Shown: positions 39,815 through 54,559, counted from the first letter of the stretch. The stretch is 64,000 bases of DNA from Octopus sinensis (GCF_006345805.1 NC_042999.1:38192001-38256000); one strand, 5' to 3'. Notes: generated by a model not told the origin, from the letters alone. Numbers and translations: made by a program.

Positions 39815-42800
39815 TATATATATATATATAAATAAAAATGGAGACGCGTATATGACGCACACGTATTATATATGTATGGAAATCATCATATTTCTTTATT
39901 GAATTATTGGGTTGTATAAATGAATATATTCATCCACAACATAATAATGTATTTCTATGCGTCTAGACGTAAATACATGCTTACAACACACGGACAAACA
40001 CACGAACACTTACAAATATACAGACGATGTAATTGCAAGCGTATTGAAATACGAGTTTGTACATACCGATATATATATATATTCGTGTAAAGGAGTGCGT
40101 GCGCGGGACTTTGTGCGTGAGAAATTTCTCGATTTTTCATATAACACAAGGCTGATAATATAAACTACCGTAATATATATGTGCACATTAATCAGGATTT
40201 CTTTCGTGTATGTCAATTGTCTAAACAATTTTATTACAGAGATAGTCATAAATATTAAAACTACACTCTTCTAAAATGGATATTGAGTTGATGAATCACC
40301 GATTGTATTGCTTCTCTCTTGGAATACAGAAAACTGTTATATGTCAAGAACGTCTAGATTACTATCGAAGAAGTGGAATTATCCGAAATGAAATTAGATA
40401 TCAAAACCAGATATAATCCCATTCAGAACTCTGTCAGAAAATTTAAGTGATTTAAATAAATAGAAGACTTTGGAAATTCCTAAATTATGACGATATTTGT
40501 TCAACGTATCTAATAATGCAATAGTAATATATATTTAGACTGAAATACGCCTGTGAAATTGCTTGCGGAATAGCTATAAAATTGGATACCAATGTTAGTA
40601 GTTGCATGTACTGTTGTAAGGTTCTGTATTTATGTGCGTTTCTTACTGGAGAAGTAGCCAAGTTCCTGATCTTTCTGCAAAACGTTGTAACCCTATCTCT
40701 TTAGATAACTGTTGTATATGTGTATTTTATAACTCAATACACGAAAAAGTTGTTTGGAAAAGGAAGATGGTTACCATAACACACTGTTGAAACATCTCAC
40801 TGAAGGTTGTTAAAATTATTTTAGGAACACTTTATCAGATATCGGTAATTTGATTCCTTCTTTGTTCATGATGAAATAAATTCATTGCTTCCTGGATTGA
40901 ATTGCAACCATACGAAGCTAATATTTCAAAATTTAAGGTGTCATTCTTTCATTCTATTTACAAGGGGAGCCGTTTTGGGAGAACTACAACTTCACTATGT
41001 CAATGTTGACGATAGACTGTTGCGCATCGTTAAAGGTATTTTCTATTCTGTAATTTGAGATTTTGGGAAATAAAAAATAACTCAAAACACCCCATGAGTG
41101 TTCGTGTTTTGCTTTTCATTTAAATAGCAGATGATAAATGGTCATCCCAGATGAACGGAATATTTAAATATTTGATTTTGCTATTGGTTTTGTCATTCTC
41201 ACCAACAGAATTCTGATTTTTATCATGCACACTAAAATTATTCCTTTGGTTCGAAATGCTAAAACTTTTGGAGCATGTACTTTATTTCATCGACCCCAAT
41301 ATTTGACTGTTACCTATGTCCTGAAACGAACATGAATACGTGATGAAGTACAGTGACTTTCAACGCGAAATAAGGTGTAATATGGTATTATCCTCAGACA
41401 TTTTGTTTGCTTTCTATCTTCCGCTGAAGCTTGCTGAAGTAATTGGTAACCTTTAGTAATTTTTGATGTGAGTGATTGGTTTGGTCATGGAAGAAAGTAT
41501 ATATCATTTCCTGGATGTGTCTTTTACATACATTGCTAAATGATCAGTGGTCACCAAAGCCCCATATCCATCTCCTTCGTATTTATGAGTATATCTGCTT
41601 CTCCTCGTATAACCATAGAGTTATCGGTCTTACAGACATTTAATTCTACATTGAGGGATATTTTTCTCAAATTCATTACCTTCAAATGTATGAAGTCCTG
41701 TAAAGTGTGGTTTTCTTCGTAGGGTTTTCACATTTACATTATATTTTCATTCGTTTAATTTTCTTTGTTTTTTGTTTTGCAATTCAGCAGTCTGCCATAA
41801 CTCTCGACCCTTTGTTCTGCACTCTTTCTTACTAGCAGTTTGGGCAGAATGCTAAGAGGCAGGACGTGACTCTGGTCTCTTATGTTTACCATTCCTCGAG
41901 CATCGACTTGCAGTGGTATAGTGACAGGAGATTCTGCCGGTCATCACCGTTCTCTCTCAAACTTTCCGTTTCAGCCGTTCTAGTCTCTCTGGCTACAAAG
42001 CAGATATCTAGCATCTGTAATGTATATAAACACACGAATGAAAAGGCGTCATCATTGAGTTAGATCACCCCAGGTTTTATGCAAGACAGTTTGTGTGTTT
42101 GAACCTGATACGTCCTCTGCGTAACCTTGCTTCAGGATACTTCAGAATATTTATGTGATTTTCTTTCTATTTTGAAAACACTGCCCTTACTTCAACATCA
42201 CCAATTTGCAAGTTTTACCCATCTTTTATTTTTTATGGTAATATTGTACTTCATTTCGAACATTAATGAATTTCCCGTCATTTCGTCGTCACGTTCTCCT
42301 CACCTCTTCTCGGCCGAAGCTTTTCCTTGAGATACTTTTACTAATTGTTTCCTCTTTTCACTGATCTCGTTAATCTGCCATCATTGCCCATCTTCGCTTC
42401 ATTGTTGCTTCCCAATGAAATGTATCTTTTGGTTTCCGAAAACGTCACTGACCATCCATTTCTGGAAGTGAAAACAGGGGGAAATCTCCCAGTAAATGTT
42501 TCAGTATTCAGCAGATTTTGTTATTTTCACCCTTTTTAGTTTGTTTTCAAGGTTTTACATTCACACAGAGGACAGCTGAGTCATGCGATTTGCACAAATA
42601 GTCGTATCTATGATGTGATATATTGATAGAGGTCTACATGAGCTCTAATTGTTTGGTATACTCAGATACCGATTAACTTACCAGGCCCCACCTAACCCCA
42701 GTTCATCTTTGCTGCTCCGGAGCCTACTAACTGCCCTTACAGGGCCATACATCTACTAATCACACTGCTTCAAGTGCACACTCATTGCACAAGATCTCCA

Positions 42801-44553
42801 GCTTTACTGTTATATTGCAAAGGCTTTAATCAGTCCAATAAGCCGAACCTTGATCAACTAATCACATAATGTTTCAAACATAAGACATTTGATGGTATAA
42901 GGGAAGCATGTATGTTCTCTTACCTGGAAGCTCTGATATGTACCTTTTCTAAATGTTTGTTCTCTATCTCTCTTCCGCATCGAGTTCACAGTTGCCTTCA
43001 TCAAAATCTGTGAATTTGTGTTTTTCTGATTTAGACACAAAACTGCAGTGCATCACTACTGATTGCCATACGGGCGTACAACTTCTCAACATCTTTGTGT
43101 GTATTTTACTCTATTTTATCTTTTTTTCCTTTTGGACAAATGCGTATGTTCGGGCGAGCGTGCGAATGCGTGCGAGTATGTGCGTGTTTGTCCGTGTATA
43201 TGCGCGTATGTGCGTATGTGTACGTGAGTGCATGTGTGTACGTTAAAGCTGTTGGTGCTGTAGCATGTTTCAAATTTTCAAATTTCATTAGTTTTTCGTG
43301 TACAATGCGTGGGTTTCATGTGAAATTAAATTTGCTCCTTCATTTTTTATTTGTTCTCGAAGTTCGTCATGTTAATTTGCAATTCTTTGAGAAAGCATTT
43401 CACTGAAGGAAAGCCATATTGAGCCGATATTATCAGAAGCAGAAAAATATAATTGTGTTCAAAAATGTTATAATTTATATCTCACCTCGTATGGCATGAC
43501 AGTTCAAGGGATTCCAAATTCTTTGTTGAAAATTTTCAAGAAAGAACTATTTTCCTTTGTTGTACATGGTTCAAAACCACATAATTCTCGAAGCAAGGAA
43601 GGCATATCATTTAATGTTAATAATGGTTTGTATTCTAGGTGCCGCGCCACACGATTCTTTCTTGATAGTCTCTTTGGTAATCGTCCACCAAATCAAGTTT
43701 TAAATCCAAACTCTACAAGCGGCCTTTGCCGAGAACAACGCATTTATCTTCCACAAATCAAATCTCGTTTAGTCGAATCTTATGTATCAGACTCTCTGAG
43801 CGGCCAAATTATTAATTTTGCCTAGATTCGATCTTAATGATAGAATATGATTTTTGTTGTGGGACATTTTTTGTACATTCGAAACATGTATACTGTACAC
43901 ACAAGGAAGACGCAGTTACGCATATAGACTTCCAACAGCTTGCACAATTATCTTCTTATGGCAACTTGCACAACATTCCACTGTGAAATCTAAATGACAT
44001 GTTAGAGATTTTAATGTTCCTAATGCGTATTCGAGACAAGTGAAGATGTATTAGTAGTCAGTCTTCTGACCTTACAATCAGGAGTTTTTCGGAATAACAT
44101 TAACTCAACCCCTCGATCTGGGTCGAAAAACAGAGACACAAATTTCGAAGTTACCCATAAGCTTATTGGGATCATATTGGAAACTGTGGTCTCGTTCACA
44201 ACGTACGTTATTATCACTGATCATTAAACATTTAGCAAACTAATCATAACACGACAATGTTAGCAAAAGGGGAGAAAATATAACAATTCATAAGAAAGAA
44301 AGCGGAATGACTATGCTTTTTAATGGATCAGATATTGTAGCCGTTGTGTTTGCTGATCTACATGTAGGTGTACCGGAGAGATACACAGCAGGCCTTCAGA
44401 AGATTTGCTCACTATCGGAACTGATTCCGTTGACCATATCTGATGTTTTCTTCTTAAAAAAAGAACATTCTTTTCTTCTGAACTCCACCCTACAAAAAAA
44501 AATAATAATACCCCGAAAAACAAAGTTACAGTGTGACTGAGAGATAAATGATG

Positions 44554-44602
<49 letters not shown>

Positions 44603-44805
44603 CGGAGATAGAGGTACAATTCGAAAATAGAATGAAAAATCGAATCCAGTAGAGGGATGCTATTTCATTTATCAATTCCGAAGAGATGAAAAAGCAAAGG
44701 GTATCTCGATTTTATAATGATTCAACGGTCAGAAAACGAAAACATCTAAAATTGGAAAAATCTATCCGGCACATTAATGACTCGTCTATTACACCAACAT
44801 CTACA

Positions 44806-45055
44806 GTGTATTACGAATTACTAGGCTTAGGTGTATTATGAATTACTAGGCTTGGGTGTATTACGAATTACTAGGCTTGGGTGTATTACGAATTACTAGG
44901 CTTGGGTGTATTACGAATTACTAGGCTTGGGTGTATTATGGATTACTAGGCTTGGGTGTATTACGAATTACTAGGCTTGGGTGTATTATGAATTACTAGG
45001 CTTGGGTGTATTACGAATTACTAGGCTTGGGTGTATTACGAATTACTAGGCTGGG
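44806..45055 (+). repeat. Minisatellite: 10 x 25 bp GTGTATTA(C/T)GAATTACTAGGCTTGG
   Basis: Units start at 44806, 44831, ... 45031; no spacers. Confidence 0.95.
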
Positions 45056-45579
45056 TTAGGACTGAAATATAACGAATTAATCCTTTTTCTCAAAACGTAA
45101 ATACACTGCTTCGTATTTCATAGATATTGGTGTTAGGTTAACTGTAAAAAAGATGGGTATTTTCGTATTTTTAGTATTCTCTCTGAAAAAGGCTGGAATT
45201 AACTTCTGAAAACAAGTTTTCAATTTGTTAGAATAAAACAAAGTATTGTATTTATTATTATATTTTAATCTAAATGAGCTTCAGTGTTTTATAGAACCCT
45301 ACGCGATTTGAACGGCGATTATCGACGTATTGAACCTAATAACAGATCGTACCACATCAAATATTAGCAAATCTAACATCAGCCAACTCAATTACCAACT
45401 CAGTGATTTCATTAACAAATAGCATTTTCTTAATTGACGACAATTCCCACTGGTTAAACCTTTGCAGGAAATCATCATTGACTCAGAAAATTATTCCCTG
45501 GATAAAAAAAAACATTGGTGGGCAAAAATTTAAAGGCGTTGTCTTATGCTACCCGCCCAAATGAATATTCTCACGCCTA

Positions 45580-45637
<58 letters not shown>

Positions 45638-45991
45638 CATCTGTCTGTCTGTGTCTGTCAGCCTGTCTATCTGTCTGTCTGCTTCTCTGTCTGTCTAATG
45701 TGTCCGACTGCCCATCCGTCTGTCTGTCTATCTGTCTGTCTGTTTGTCTGCCTACATATTTGTATGCGTGTTGGTATCTTTATCTGTCTACATATGTACG
45801 TGTGTATGAATATGTATATATGTGTGTGCATGTATATATATATATATATATATATGCGCGTGTGTGTGTGTGTGTGTATGAATGTATGTATTTATTTGTA
45901 TGTGTAGGTATGTTTCTATCTGTTTGCTTATTTATTTTGTATGTGTGTATGTATATATATCCACATGTGTCCGTCTACGTATGTATGCATG

Positions 45992-46078
<87 letters not shown>

Positions 46079-46624
46079 AAATCTTTCTCTTTGTATAATT
46101 CTTTCCATTATAAAACTTTTCTTTAGATACATATACTTTGAATTCTTTCCTTAAAAGTCATATAAGATTTATTTTTTTAAATTCGGAATGCAGAAGATGA
46201 TTACGAGTGTCAAAAATAAAGACGAAAACCTGAGAACTTCGTGACATTTTGATCGAGTCATGCTAAGATATATTGTGTTTTTCAAAAACGTAAGTTCATG
46301 ACTGTTAAATGACAAATATAAAATAACGAAATGAGATAATACATACCAAGATCAATACACGCATACATATATACATACATACATACGTACATACATACAT
46401 AAGCGTTTATATGTGACTATACATATATACATGCACATAGACACACACATATCTAGATATCTTTGTACATGTATGTATATATATGTGCGTGTATGTATGG
46501 GTGCGTGTGGATGTATACATATATACACATATATACATACGTACACATTCATCTATTTGTAAGAATCTATGTATTTCTATATCCTATATACGAAATACTG
46601 ATACACGCGCAATAGGCGCACACT

Positions 46625-46704
<80 letters not shown>

Positions 46705-46718
46705 CATATATACATACA

Positions 46719-47581
46719 CAGCGTGTGATGCGTAAATTGTCACCATTTATATTTTTAATTTCGCGCATGCGCATTGTTTTTGATTTTGTTTCCTACACAG
46801 TATGGTAAGGCCTGTTGGGTACCGTCTGTGTGAAATACAGCACAATGGTGCAAATCATTTAGCCAGAAAGTTGGAAACGACATGCTGTAATGCTTGGCTT
46901 TCGCGCCGGAAGCTCCAATACGAACATTTCAGAGTGTTTGGGAGTCAATCTGAGGACATGTACCGAGAATGATAAAACTCCTCAAACATCCAGTTCACAT
47001 CGTAGTGCTCGGAGCGACCACTAATGTTGACGTCGCTATACCTCCATTCATCTTCCTACACGGCCTCAGACATAATACAAGGGCCTACATCAAGTTCCTG
47101 GAGGAGGTAGTGCTGCCCAGGGTCAAAACGGTGGTAGCTTGAAGCTCCTAGTCTGGCAACAGGCTTCTGCACCATGCCACGTAAGCAGGAGAACCCAGTT
47201 ATAGCTGTTAGAAAATTTGGGCAACCACATCACCCCTAAAATCTGGCCATCTAACTCCCCAGACTGCAGCCTTCTTGATTATTATGTATAGGGTGCAGTG
47301 AAGCGAGAGACCAACAAAACTCCTTTAACACCAGAAACGAACTAAATACAAAGATTATGGGAACATTCAGCATCTTAAACAAGGACACCGTCCAGGAGAA
47401 TTGTGGGAGATTCTCAAGTTGCCTGGAAGCCGTGATTGAAGCCAATGGCAATTTTATTGAATAAATTTACTCTTTAGTATTTCAAGATATTTTTATGTAA
47501 TTTTGGTAAATATCTGTTAAAAGATGTCACTGTTATGTTCAGTTTTGCGTAATTTAGACGACAATATATTCACCATCCCTG
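46719..47581 (+). mobile_element. Internally deleted DD37D (maT-like) transposon
   Basis: PPFIFLHGL..N..AYIKFLEEVVLP, VWQQ.SAPCH, WPSNSPDC..LDYYV, LEAVIEANGNFIE*. 3' TIR ...CACCATCCCTG|TA; weak 5' TIR. Confidence 0.8.
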
Positions 47582-47664
47582 TACAAAGACACACACACAC
47601 ACGCGCGCGCACTCACACACACACACACACCCACCCATACACACACATATTCTTTTATTTTTTT

Positions 47665-48068
47665 ATTCCGTTACTTGTTTCAGTCATTTGACTGCGACCA
47701 TGTTGGAGCACCGCCTTTGGTTGAGTAAATCAACCCCAGGACTTATTGTTTGTAAGCCTAGTACTTATTCTATCTGTCTCTTTCACCGAACCTCTAAGTT
47801 ACGGGGACGTAAACACACAAGCATCGGTTGTCAGGTGATGTTTCAGGGACAACCACATGCGCACATAAACATATATACACATGCACACGCGCGCACACAC
47901 ACATAAGCACACACACACATATATATATACGACGGGGCTGATTTTTGTTTCTATCTACCAAATCCACTCACAAGTCTTTGGTAGAAGACACTTGCCCAGG
48001 GTGCCACGCAATGGAACTGAACCTGGAACCATGTGGTGCGGTAAGAAAACTACTTACCACACAGCCAT
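47665..48068 (-). mobile_element. SINE family A, near full length
   Basis: Head GGCTGTGTGGTAAGTAG...GGTTCAGTTCC and tail GCGGTGCTCCAACATGGTCGCAGTC. Confidence 0.8.
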
Positions 48069-48424
48069 ATATATCTGTACATGCATACATACATGTATCT
48101 GTACACACATACGTATATGTCTAAATACATATGCATCTTAATATCGTATTTTGTTAAAGAAGTCGCAGATGGCATACACTAATGAATGGATCATAATTTG
48201 GTGCACGAAGTCAGAGAAAATTGATCCACCCGAAAGGGATATATATGCATGTATACGGGCGTTGAAATATCATAAAAAATTTGCTTCATGTTCATGGTTC
48301 TGGGTTCTATCTCACCTTGTGGTAACTTGTATTATTGTTTTACATAGCTTTCATTGAAGTGGATTTGGTACTCGGAAAAGAAAAAGAATACATTCGTGGT
48401 GTGTGTGTATGCGTGTGAGTGCGC

Positions 48425-48479
<55 letters not shown>

Positions 48480-48480
48480 C

Positions 48481-48866
48481 TGTCAAAGGGAAATGGAAAT
48501 TAATTAAAATTAAAAAAACATTCAATTAAAATTTACATTTCCAGTGGTCTAACGCGTAAAAAAATTTTAGTCAAAAGGACTATATATTAGTCATACTATA
48601 TAGTGTATATTTAAAAACATAGAGAATTCACTTATAAGGATTCTACGCATTAGAAAGAACAGCTAAGTTCTATGATCACAAAAAATTCGGGATAAAACTC
48701 GACAGGAATAAATTTGGAAATGAAAAACATTTACCATCCAGTTTCCTGCACCAATTGGTTTCTAATCATCATTTTATACCGAATTTTTTGTGGTCATAGA
48801 ACTTAGCTGTTCTTTCTAATGCGTATAATCCCTATAAGTAGATTTTCTATGTGTTTATATATACAT

Positions 48867-48937
<71 letters not shown>

Positions 48938-49321
48938 CATGTCAAAGGGAAATGGAAATTAATTAAAATTAAAAAAACATTCAATTAAAATTTACATTTC
49001 CGTGTGTCTAACGCGTAAAAAAATTTTAGTCAAAAGGACTATATATTAGTCATACTATATAGTGTATATTTAAAAACATAGAGATTCACTTATAAGGATT
49101 CTACGCATTAGAAAGAACAGCTAAGTTCTATGATCACAAACAAATTCGGGATAAAACTCGACAGGAATAAATTTGAAATGAAAAACATTTACCATCCAGT
49201 TTCCTGCACCATTGGTTTCTAATCATCATTTTATACCGAATTTTTTGTGGTCATAGAACTTAGCTGTTCTTTCTAATGCGTATAATCCCTATAAGTAGAT
49301 TTTCTATGTGTTTATATATAC

Positions 49322-49325
<4 letters not shown>
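48481..49325. repeat. Tandem duplication (459-bp period); each unit holds a ~240-bp MITE-like element with ~85-bp TIRs (48615-48856; ~49074-49316)
   Basis: AAACATAGAGAATTCAC...GATAAAA vs TTTTATACC...CTATGTGTTT; units separated by (TA)n. Confidence 0.8.
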
Positions 49326-49385
<60 letters not shown>

Positions 49386-49590
49386 CTATATATATATATA
49401 TGTATACATATATATATATATATGTAGATATATATGTATATACATATGTTTTTGTATATATATATATATATATATATGCGTATGTGTACATATGTGTAGA
49501 TGTGAGTATATGTATGTTTATATCCGTGTGTATCTGTGTGTATATATGTGTGCGTATATGCATGTTTGTGTGCAATTTTATTTGGCCCCC

Positions 49591-49826
49591 ACCTATTTCT
49601 TTATTGCTCACAAGGGGCTAAACACAGAGGAGACAAACAAGGACAGACAAACGGATTAAGTCGATTACATCGACCCCAGTGCGTAACTGGTACTTAATTT
49701 ATCGACCCCGAAATGATGAAAGGCAAAGTCGACCTCGGCGGAATTTGAACCCCGAACGTAGCGGCAGACAAAATACCGCTAAGAATTTCGCCCGATGTGC
49801 TAACAGTTCTGCCAGCTCGCCGCCTT
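49591..49826 (-). mobile_element. tRNA-derived SINE family B (Meta/Nin-like central domain)
   Basis: GGCGGCGAGCTGGCAGAA head, GGTTCAAATTCC box B, GTCGACTTTGCCTTTCATC.TTTCGGGGTCGATAAATTAAGTACCAG domain. The domain name is from recall and unverified. Confidence 0.75.
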
Positions 49827-49959
49827 ATTTGGCCCCCACCACAAAATGGCAACCACTGTTGGCTTGTTAATTTCTCCGTTCTATAGCAGAAGACACTTGC
49901 CCTTGTTGCCTGAAGTATACCGTGGGAAAGCAAACATCTTACCTCAGAACCATTGCTTC

Positions 49960-50060
<101 letters not shown>

Positions 50061-50584
50061 GCTGTCTATCTGTCTGTCCGTCTATCTGTCTTCCTATCTA
50101 TTTATCTATCGACCTAACTTCAGCTTGTTTTAAAAATAAATTCTCTTTCTCATTCCAGTTGGGCAATTATTTTGGCTGTCTCTTCCCTTATTTTTCTTTT
50201 TGCAGGGATATTCTGCTATTATACTAATTAGCAAACTCAAGGATTAGTAATTCAACGAGATTTCTTCAGTCTATCACACCATAACAGAAAGGAAAGGGAG
50301 AATGCTTTACACAAACTGGGGCGGGATTGCTGGAAGTATCACGACTATAGAAACTGCAATAGTAGTAGAATCATCAAGAGTAATACAATTAGTAATAACA
50401 AATATAACGAAATTACTAATTTAGCTGAATAACAGAAATTCTAAAACGGAAATTGTTTAGTGATTAAATAAGCCGATAAAAGGATACATGAAAAATGTAA
50501 ATACACAAGAGAATAGAGAGAAGGGATAAGGAGATCAACTGAGTTAAAAAGGATGAAAAATAAACAGTAGTAGTAGTAGTAGTA

Positions 50585-50599
50585 ATAGTAGTAGTAGAA

Positions 50600-50682
<83 letters not shown>
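50585..50682. repeat. (TAG)n microsatellite
   Basis: Direct reading. Confidence 0.95.
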
Positions 50683-50683
<1 letters not shown>

Positions 50684-50805
50684 ATCATGTGGTACACAAT
50701 TTATCGACTCCGAAAGGAGGAAAAGCATCATGGGGCGACAAACACAGACACAAAGTCACACACACACATGAATATATATATATATATATATATATTATAT
50801 AATAT

Positions 50806-50865
<60 letters not shown>

Positions 50866-50899
50866 GTGTGTGTGTGTGTGGTGTGTGTGTGTGTGTGTG

Positions 50900-51210
50900 G
50901 AGGCGCAATGACCCAGTGGTTAGGACAGCGGACTCACGGTCGAAGGATCGCGGTTTCGATTCCCAGACCGGGCATTGTGAGTGTTTATTGAGCGAAAACC
51001 CCTAAAGCTACACGAGGCTCCGGCAGGAGGTGGCTGTGAAACCTGCTGTATTCTTTCACCACAACTCTCTCTCACTCTTTCTTCCTGTTTCTGTTGTACC
51101 TGCATTTCAATGGGCCAGCCTTGTCACATTCTGTGTCACGCTGAATCTCCACGAGAACTACGTTAAGGGTGCACGTATCTGTGGAGTGCTCAGCCTCTTG
51201 CACGTTGATA
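50900..51210 (+). mobile_element. tRNA-derived SINE family C
   Basis: GGCGCAATGACCCAGTGGTTAGG...GGTTTCGATTCCC head; tail GCCTTGTCAC...GAGAACTACGTTAAGGG shared with the 54968 and 62185 copies. Confidence 0.75.
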
Positions 51211-51383
51211 AATGAGCTGTGACATCACTGGCGCCAAGCATTTACCTTTCCCTTGGATAACATTAGCGGGTTGGAGAGGGGAGGCCGGTATGCATGGGCG
51301 ACTACTGGTCTTCCATATAACGGGCTTCTTTCAGTTTCTATCTAACAAATGCACTCACAATGCTTTGGTTAGCTTCAAGCTAT

Positions 51384-51483
51384 NNNNNNNNNNNNNNNNN
51401 NNNNNNNNNNNNNNNNNNNNNNNNNNNNNNNNNNNNNNNNNNNNNNNNNNNNNNNNNNNNNNNNNNNNNNNNNNNNNNNNNNN
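51384..51483. other. Assembly gap (100 N)
   Basis: Direct reading. Confidence 1.
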
Positions 51484-51489
51484 ATGTTG

Positions 51490-51523
<34 letters not shown>

Positions 51524-52472
51524 CATTCAGAAGTATATATACATATGTATAATATATAAGAGTGTCTGTGTGTTTGTGTGTGTGCATGTGTTTGTAAGAA
51601 TATGAAGAAGGTTAATTTAATGTCTCAAAATGAGTTTTCTTTTTTGAATTGCTGATGTCTAAACTGTTGCATAAATTCTATTTCAAGAAATGCTGAAAAA
51701 AAAAATGTTCTAAACTTATATTTCCTGTAATTTTTCTGACTCGCGGGAAATTTCATTTACTTTTACATCGGTTCCTTTTTGTTTATATATTTTTTTACAT
51801 ATGGTTGTTTCGTTTCCTACACTTGTAAAAGTTTTTTTTTTTTCTGCTTCGAGTTTCTTGTATGAGAATATTCCAAATTCGAAATTTCCTTATTATTCTT
51901 TCGCTTTCTTTATTTTATTGGCATATAGTGCAGTTACTAGTTCAAAATGTACAAGTATATAAAGTATTATTTTCAGTTTTATAGGCTATAAACAAATAAC
52001 ATTTCACACTTTAACGTTCGTTTCCGATAGTATTCGATATATCAATCATTACAATATATAAACCATAAGCCTTTTGCTTTTGATAAATCCGATATTTAAA
52101 CATTTTGCACAGAATATTTGAAGATATTATCCTGAATTTAGGTAAGTTGATGAGTATGTAGCCAAATCAAATAGTAAATATGTTGAAACATCCTGCCTGT
52201 ATCAAATAATTTAAAGCAAACTCTTAATGCGATTGGAAGAGATCGATGATGGAATGAGCTCTTCAGAAAGGCGGTTCATTAAAGTTTATTTCTTCTTTAT
52301 TATATATAACAAGAAGAACGCAATTAATATATGCATTGTTGACCAATAGAGTCCGAATTGTAACTTCGCTGGTTGGGACCATTTTTGGAGTTTCAATAAT
52401 CAATTTACATGAACTATATGTAATAATAATAATAATGATAATAATAAAAGATAAAAAAAAAATAATAATAAT

Positions 52473-52533
<61 letters not shown>

Positions 52534-52547
52534 GTAATAATAACAAC

Positions 52548-52602
<55 letters not shown>

Positions 52603-52605
<3 letters not shown>

Positions 52606-52915
52606 GCGAAAGGGGCTGATTGCTACCTAACTCAGATACCAGGAAACCCCAAAATGGCAGAAATTCAAAAGATAGTGCTCATAGGAACTGCTCATATCCT
52701 ACGCAAAATGCTCTCTATGTAATCTCAAGGCTTAAAACAAACTTTTTTTTAAAAATTTACTTATTAGACATTCACTAGTACAACACTAAATACAAAACCA
52801 AATATATGGCACACTAGGCATAACAACAACGTGAACTTCCAACCTGTTGTCTCTTGAGGTCTCTGGGTGAGACTTGGAGCCAACTTGTACAAACATAAAG
52901 CAAAAGTCAAACATA

Positions 52916-52916
<1 letters not shown>
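52603..52916 (+). mobile_element. Dong/R4-like RLE non-LTR retrotransposon, 3' fragment inside (AAT)n
   Basis: IAKGADCYLTQIPGNPKMAEIQKIVLIGTAHILRKMLSM* (stop 52720-52722) plus 3' UTR; (AAT)n on both sides. Confidence 0.75.
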
Positions 52917-52977
<61 letters not shown>

Positions 52978-53036
52978 TATTATTATTATTATTATTATTA
53001 TTATTGTTATTATTGTCATTATTATTATTATTATTA

Positions 53037-53071
<35 letters not shown>

Positions 53072-53084
53072 TTATTATTTCTTC

Positions 53085-53245
53085 CGTTGCTATCTTCTGA
53101 GATCAAATTCAGCCGAGGTCGACTTTGCCTTTTACCTTGCGGGATCGATAAATTAATTACCAGCAAAACACTGGGGTCCCAGTAATCGAGTAGTCCCCTC
53201 TCCTAAAATTTCAGGCCTTGTGCCCTTAGTACTAACGATTACTAT
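53085..53245 (+). mobile_element. SINE fragment with the family B central domain
   Basis: GCCGAGGTCGACTTTGCCTTT...GATCGATAAATTAATTACCAG. Confidence 0.65.
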
Positions 53246-53489
53246 TATTAGTATTTCTTTTTATCACATGATTTGTTGGAGCTCCTGGAGACTTACAGGC
53301 GTAGCCGGCTTGCTACATGCATACTACGGTACCATGCTATTCATATTTTCAGCTATCTAATACTTTGCTGATTATTCTGGCCGTGCAAGGAGGCAAATCT
53401 TTTGTAACACTTCTACTGGGCGCAATTTCCTTCTGATACTATTCCTAAGGACCCAACAATAATTGGCACTATCTGCAGTTACTATCTTC

Positions 53490-53590
53490 AGTTACGCACT
53501 GGGGTCGATATAATCGACTTAATCCGTTTGTCTGTCCTTGTTTTTCCTCTTTGTGTTTGGCCCCTTGTGTGTAGTAGAGAAATAGGTATT
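53490..53590 (+). mobile_element. SINE family B, 3' half
   Basis: Matches the tail of 49591-49826. Confidence 0.7.
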
Positions 53591-54277
53591 AGTGACGTTA
53601 TTACTTGCTGTGTAACGCTTACTTCTCTATGAAAACACACCTCGACAACAGCAGATCCCAAAGGGGAACAGGCCATTTGTGTTTGCTTCCTTTATTCCTC
53701 CTGTCTTTAATTAGGAATTTTTATGTTTATCTGCATATAAATATTTATGATGTGTGTGTTCTTCATAAGCTCGTCTCCTTAAGCGTTCAGAATGATTTTC
53801 TATCGCTTGTTTTTACTGTTTTGTTCTCATTGTTCTGTCTTTTACTGTTTTTACTTTTTTTATTGTTTTTACTGTTTTCTTCTCAGTGTCCTCTTCTTGT
53901 TACCACTTTCACCCTCCGCAAAAAACAGCAAATTTTATTTAATTTGCTTTGCAGGAAGGACTGTTTCAACGAAGTCGCGTCTTGTCCTTGCTTTCCAAAC
54001 GTAGAGTAGTTGAAACACGGACAACTGAAGAAGGGAAGCATTCTTTATGTCGTATGTCTTGTTTCTCTGTTTGTTTTTTTCGTTGCCCGAAAAAAAGTTC
54101 GTTTCTATGTTTTTGTTTTTATGTTTTCGTTTCTCATTCTGTTCAAAGTTTTTTTCATGTCCTGTACCCATATATGCATGTATATATATACATTTATATG
54201 TAAGTACGTAATATATGCATATATATATATATGCATATATTTATATATTATTATATTATATTCTCTCTCTCTCTCCC

Positions 54278-54314
<37 letters not shown>

Positions 54315-54340
54315 ATATTATATATATATATATATATATA

Positions 54341-54558
54341 TTCTTTACTACCCACAAGGGGCTACACAGAGGGGACACACAGAGGACAGACAAACGGATT
54401 ACGTCGACCCCAGTGCGTAACTGGTACTTAATTTATCGACCCGAAGGGATAAAAGGCAAAGTCGACCTCGGCGGAATTTGAACTCAGAACGTAACGGCAG
54501 ACGAAATACAGCTACGCATTTCGCCCAGCGTGCTAACGTTTCTGCCAGCTCGCCGCCT

Positions 54559-54559
<1 letters not shown>
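54341..54559 (-). mobile_element. SINE family B
   Basis: Homologous to 49591-49826. Confidence 0.8.

Noticed and set aside
41890-42014. Possible minus-strand exon (TTACAG|ATG...ATG|GTAAAC; MLDICFVARETRTAE...)
   Set aside because: No recognisable protein, weak donor, no partner exons found; needs RNA-seq.
43496-43825. 109-aa non-repetitive ORF
   Set aside because: No recognisable motif; length is within chance expectation.
44806-45055. CRISPR-like array
   Set aside because: Head-to-tail repeats with no spacers, eukaryotic context, no cas genes.
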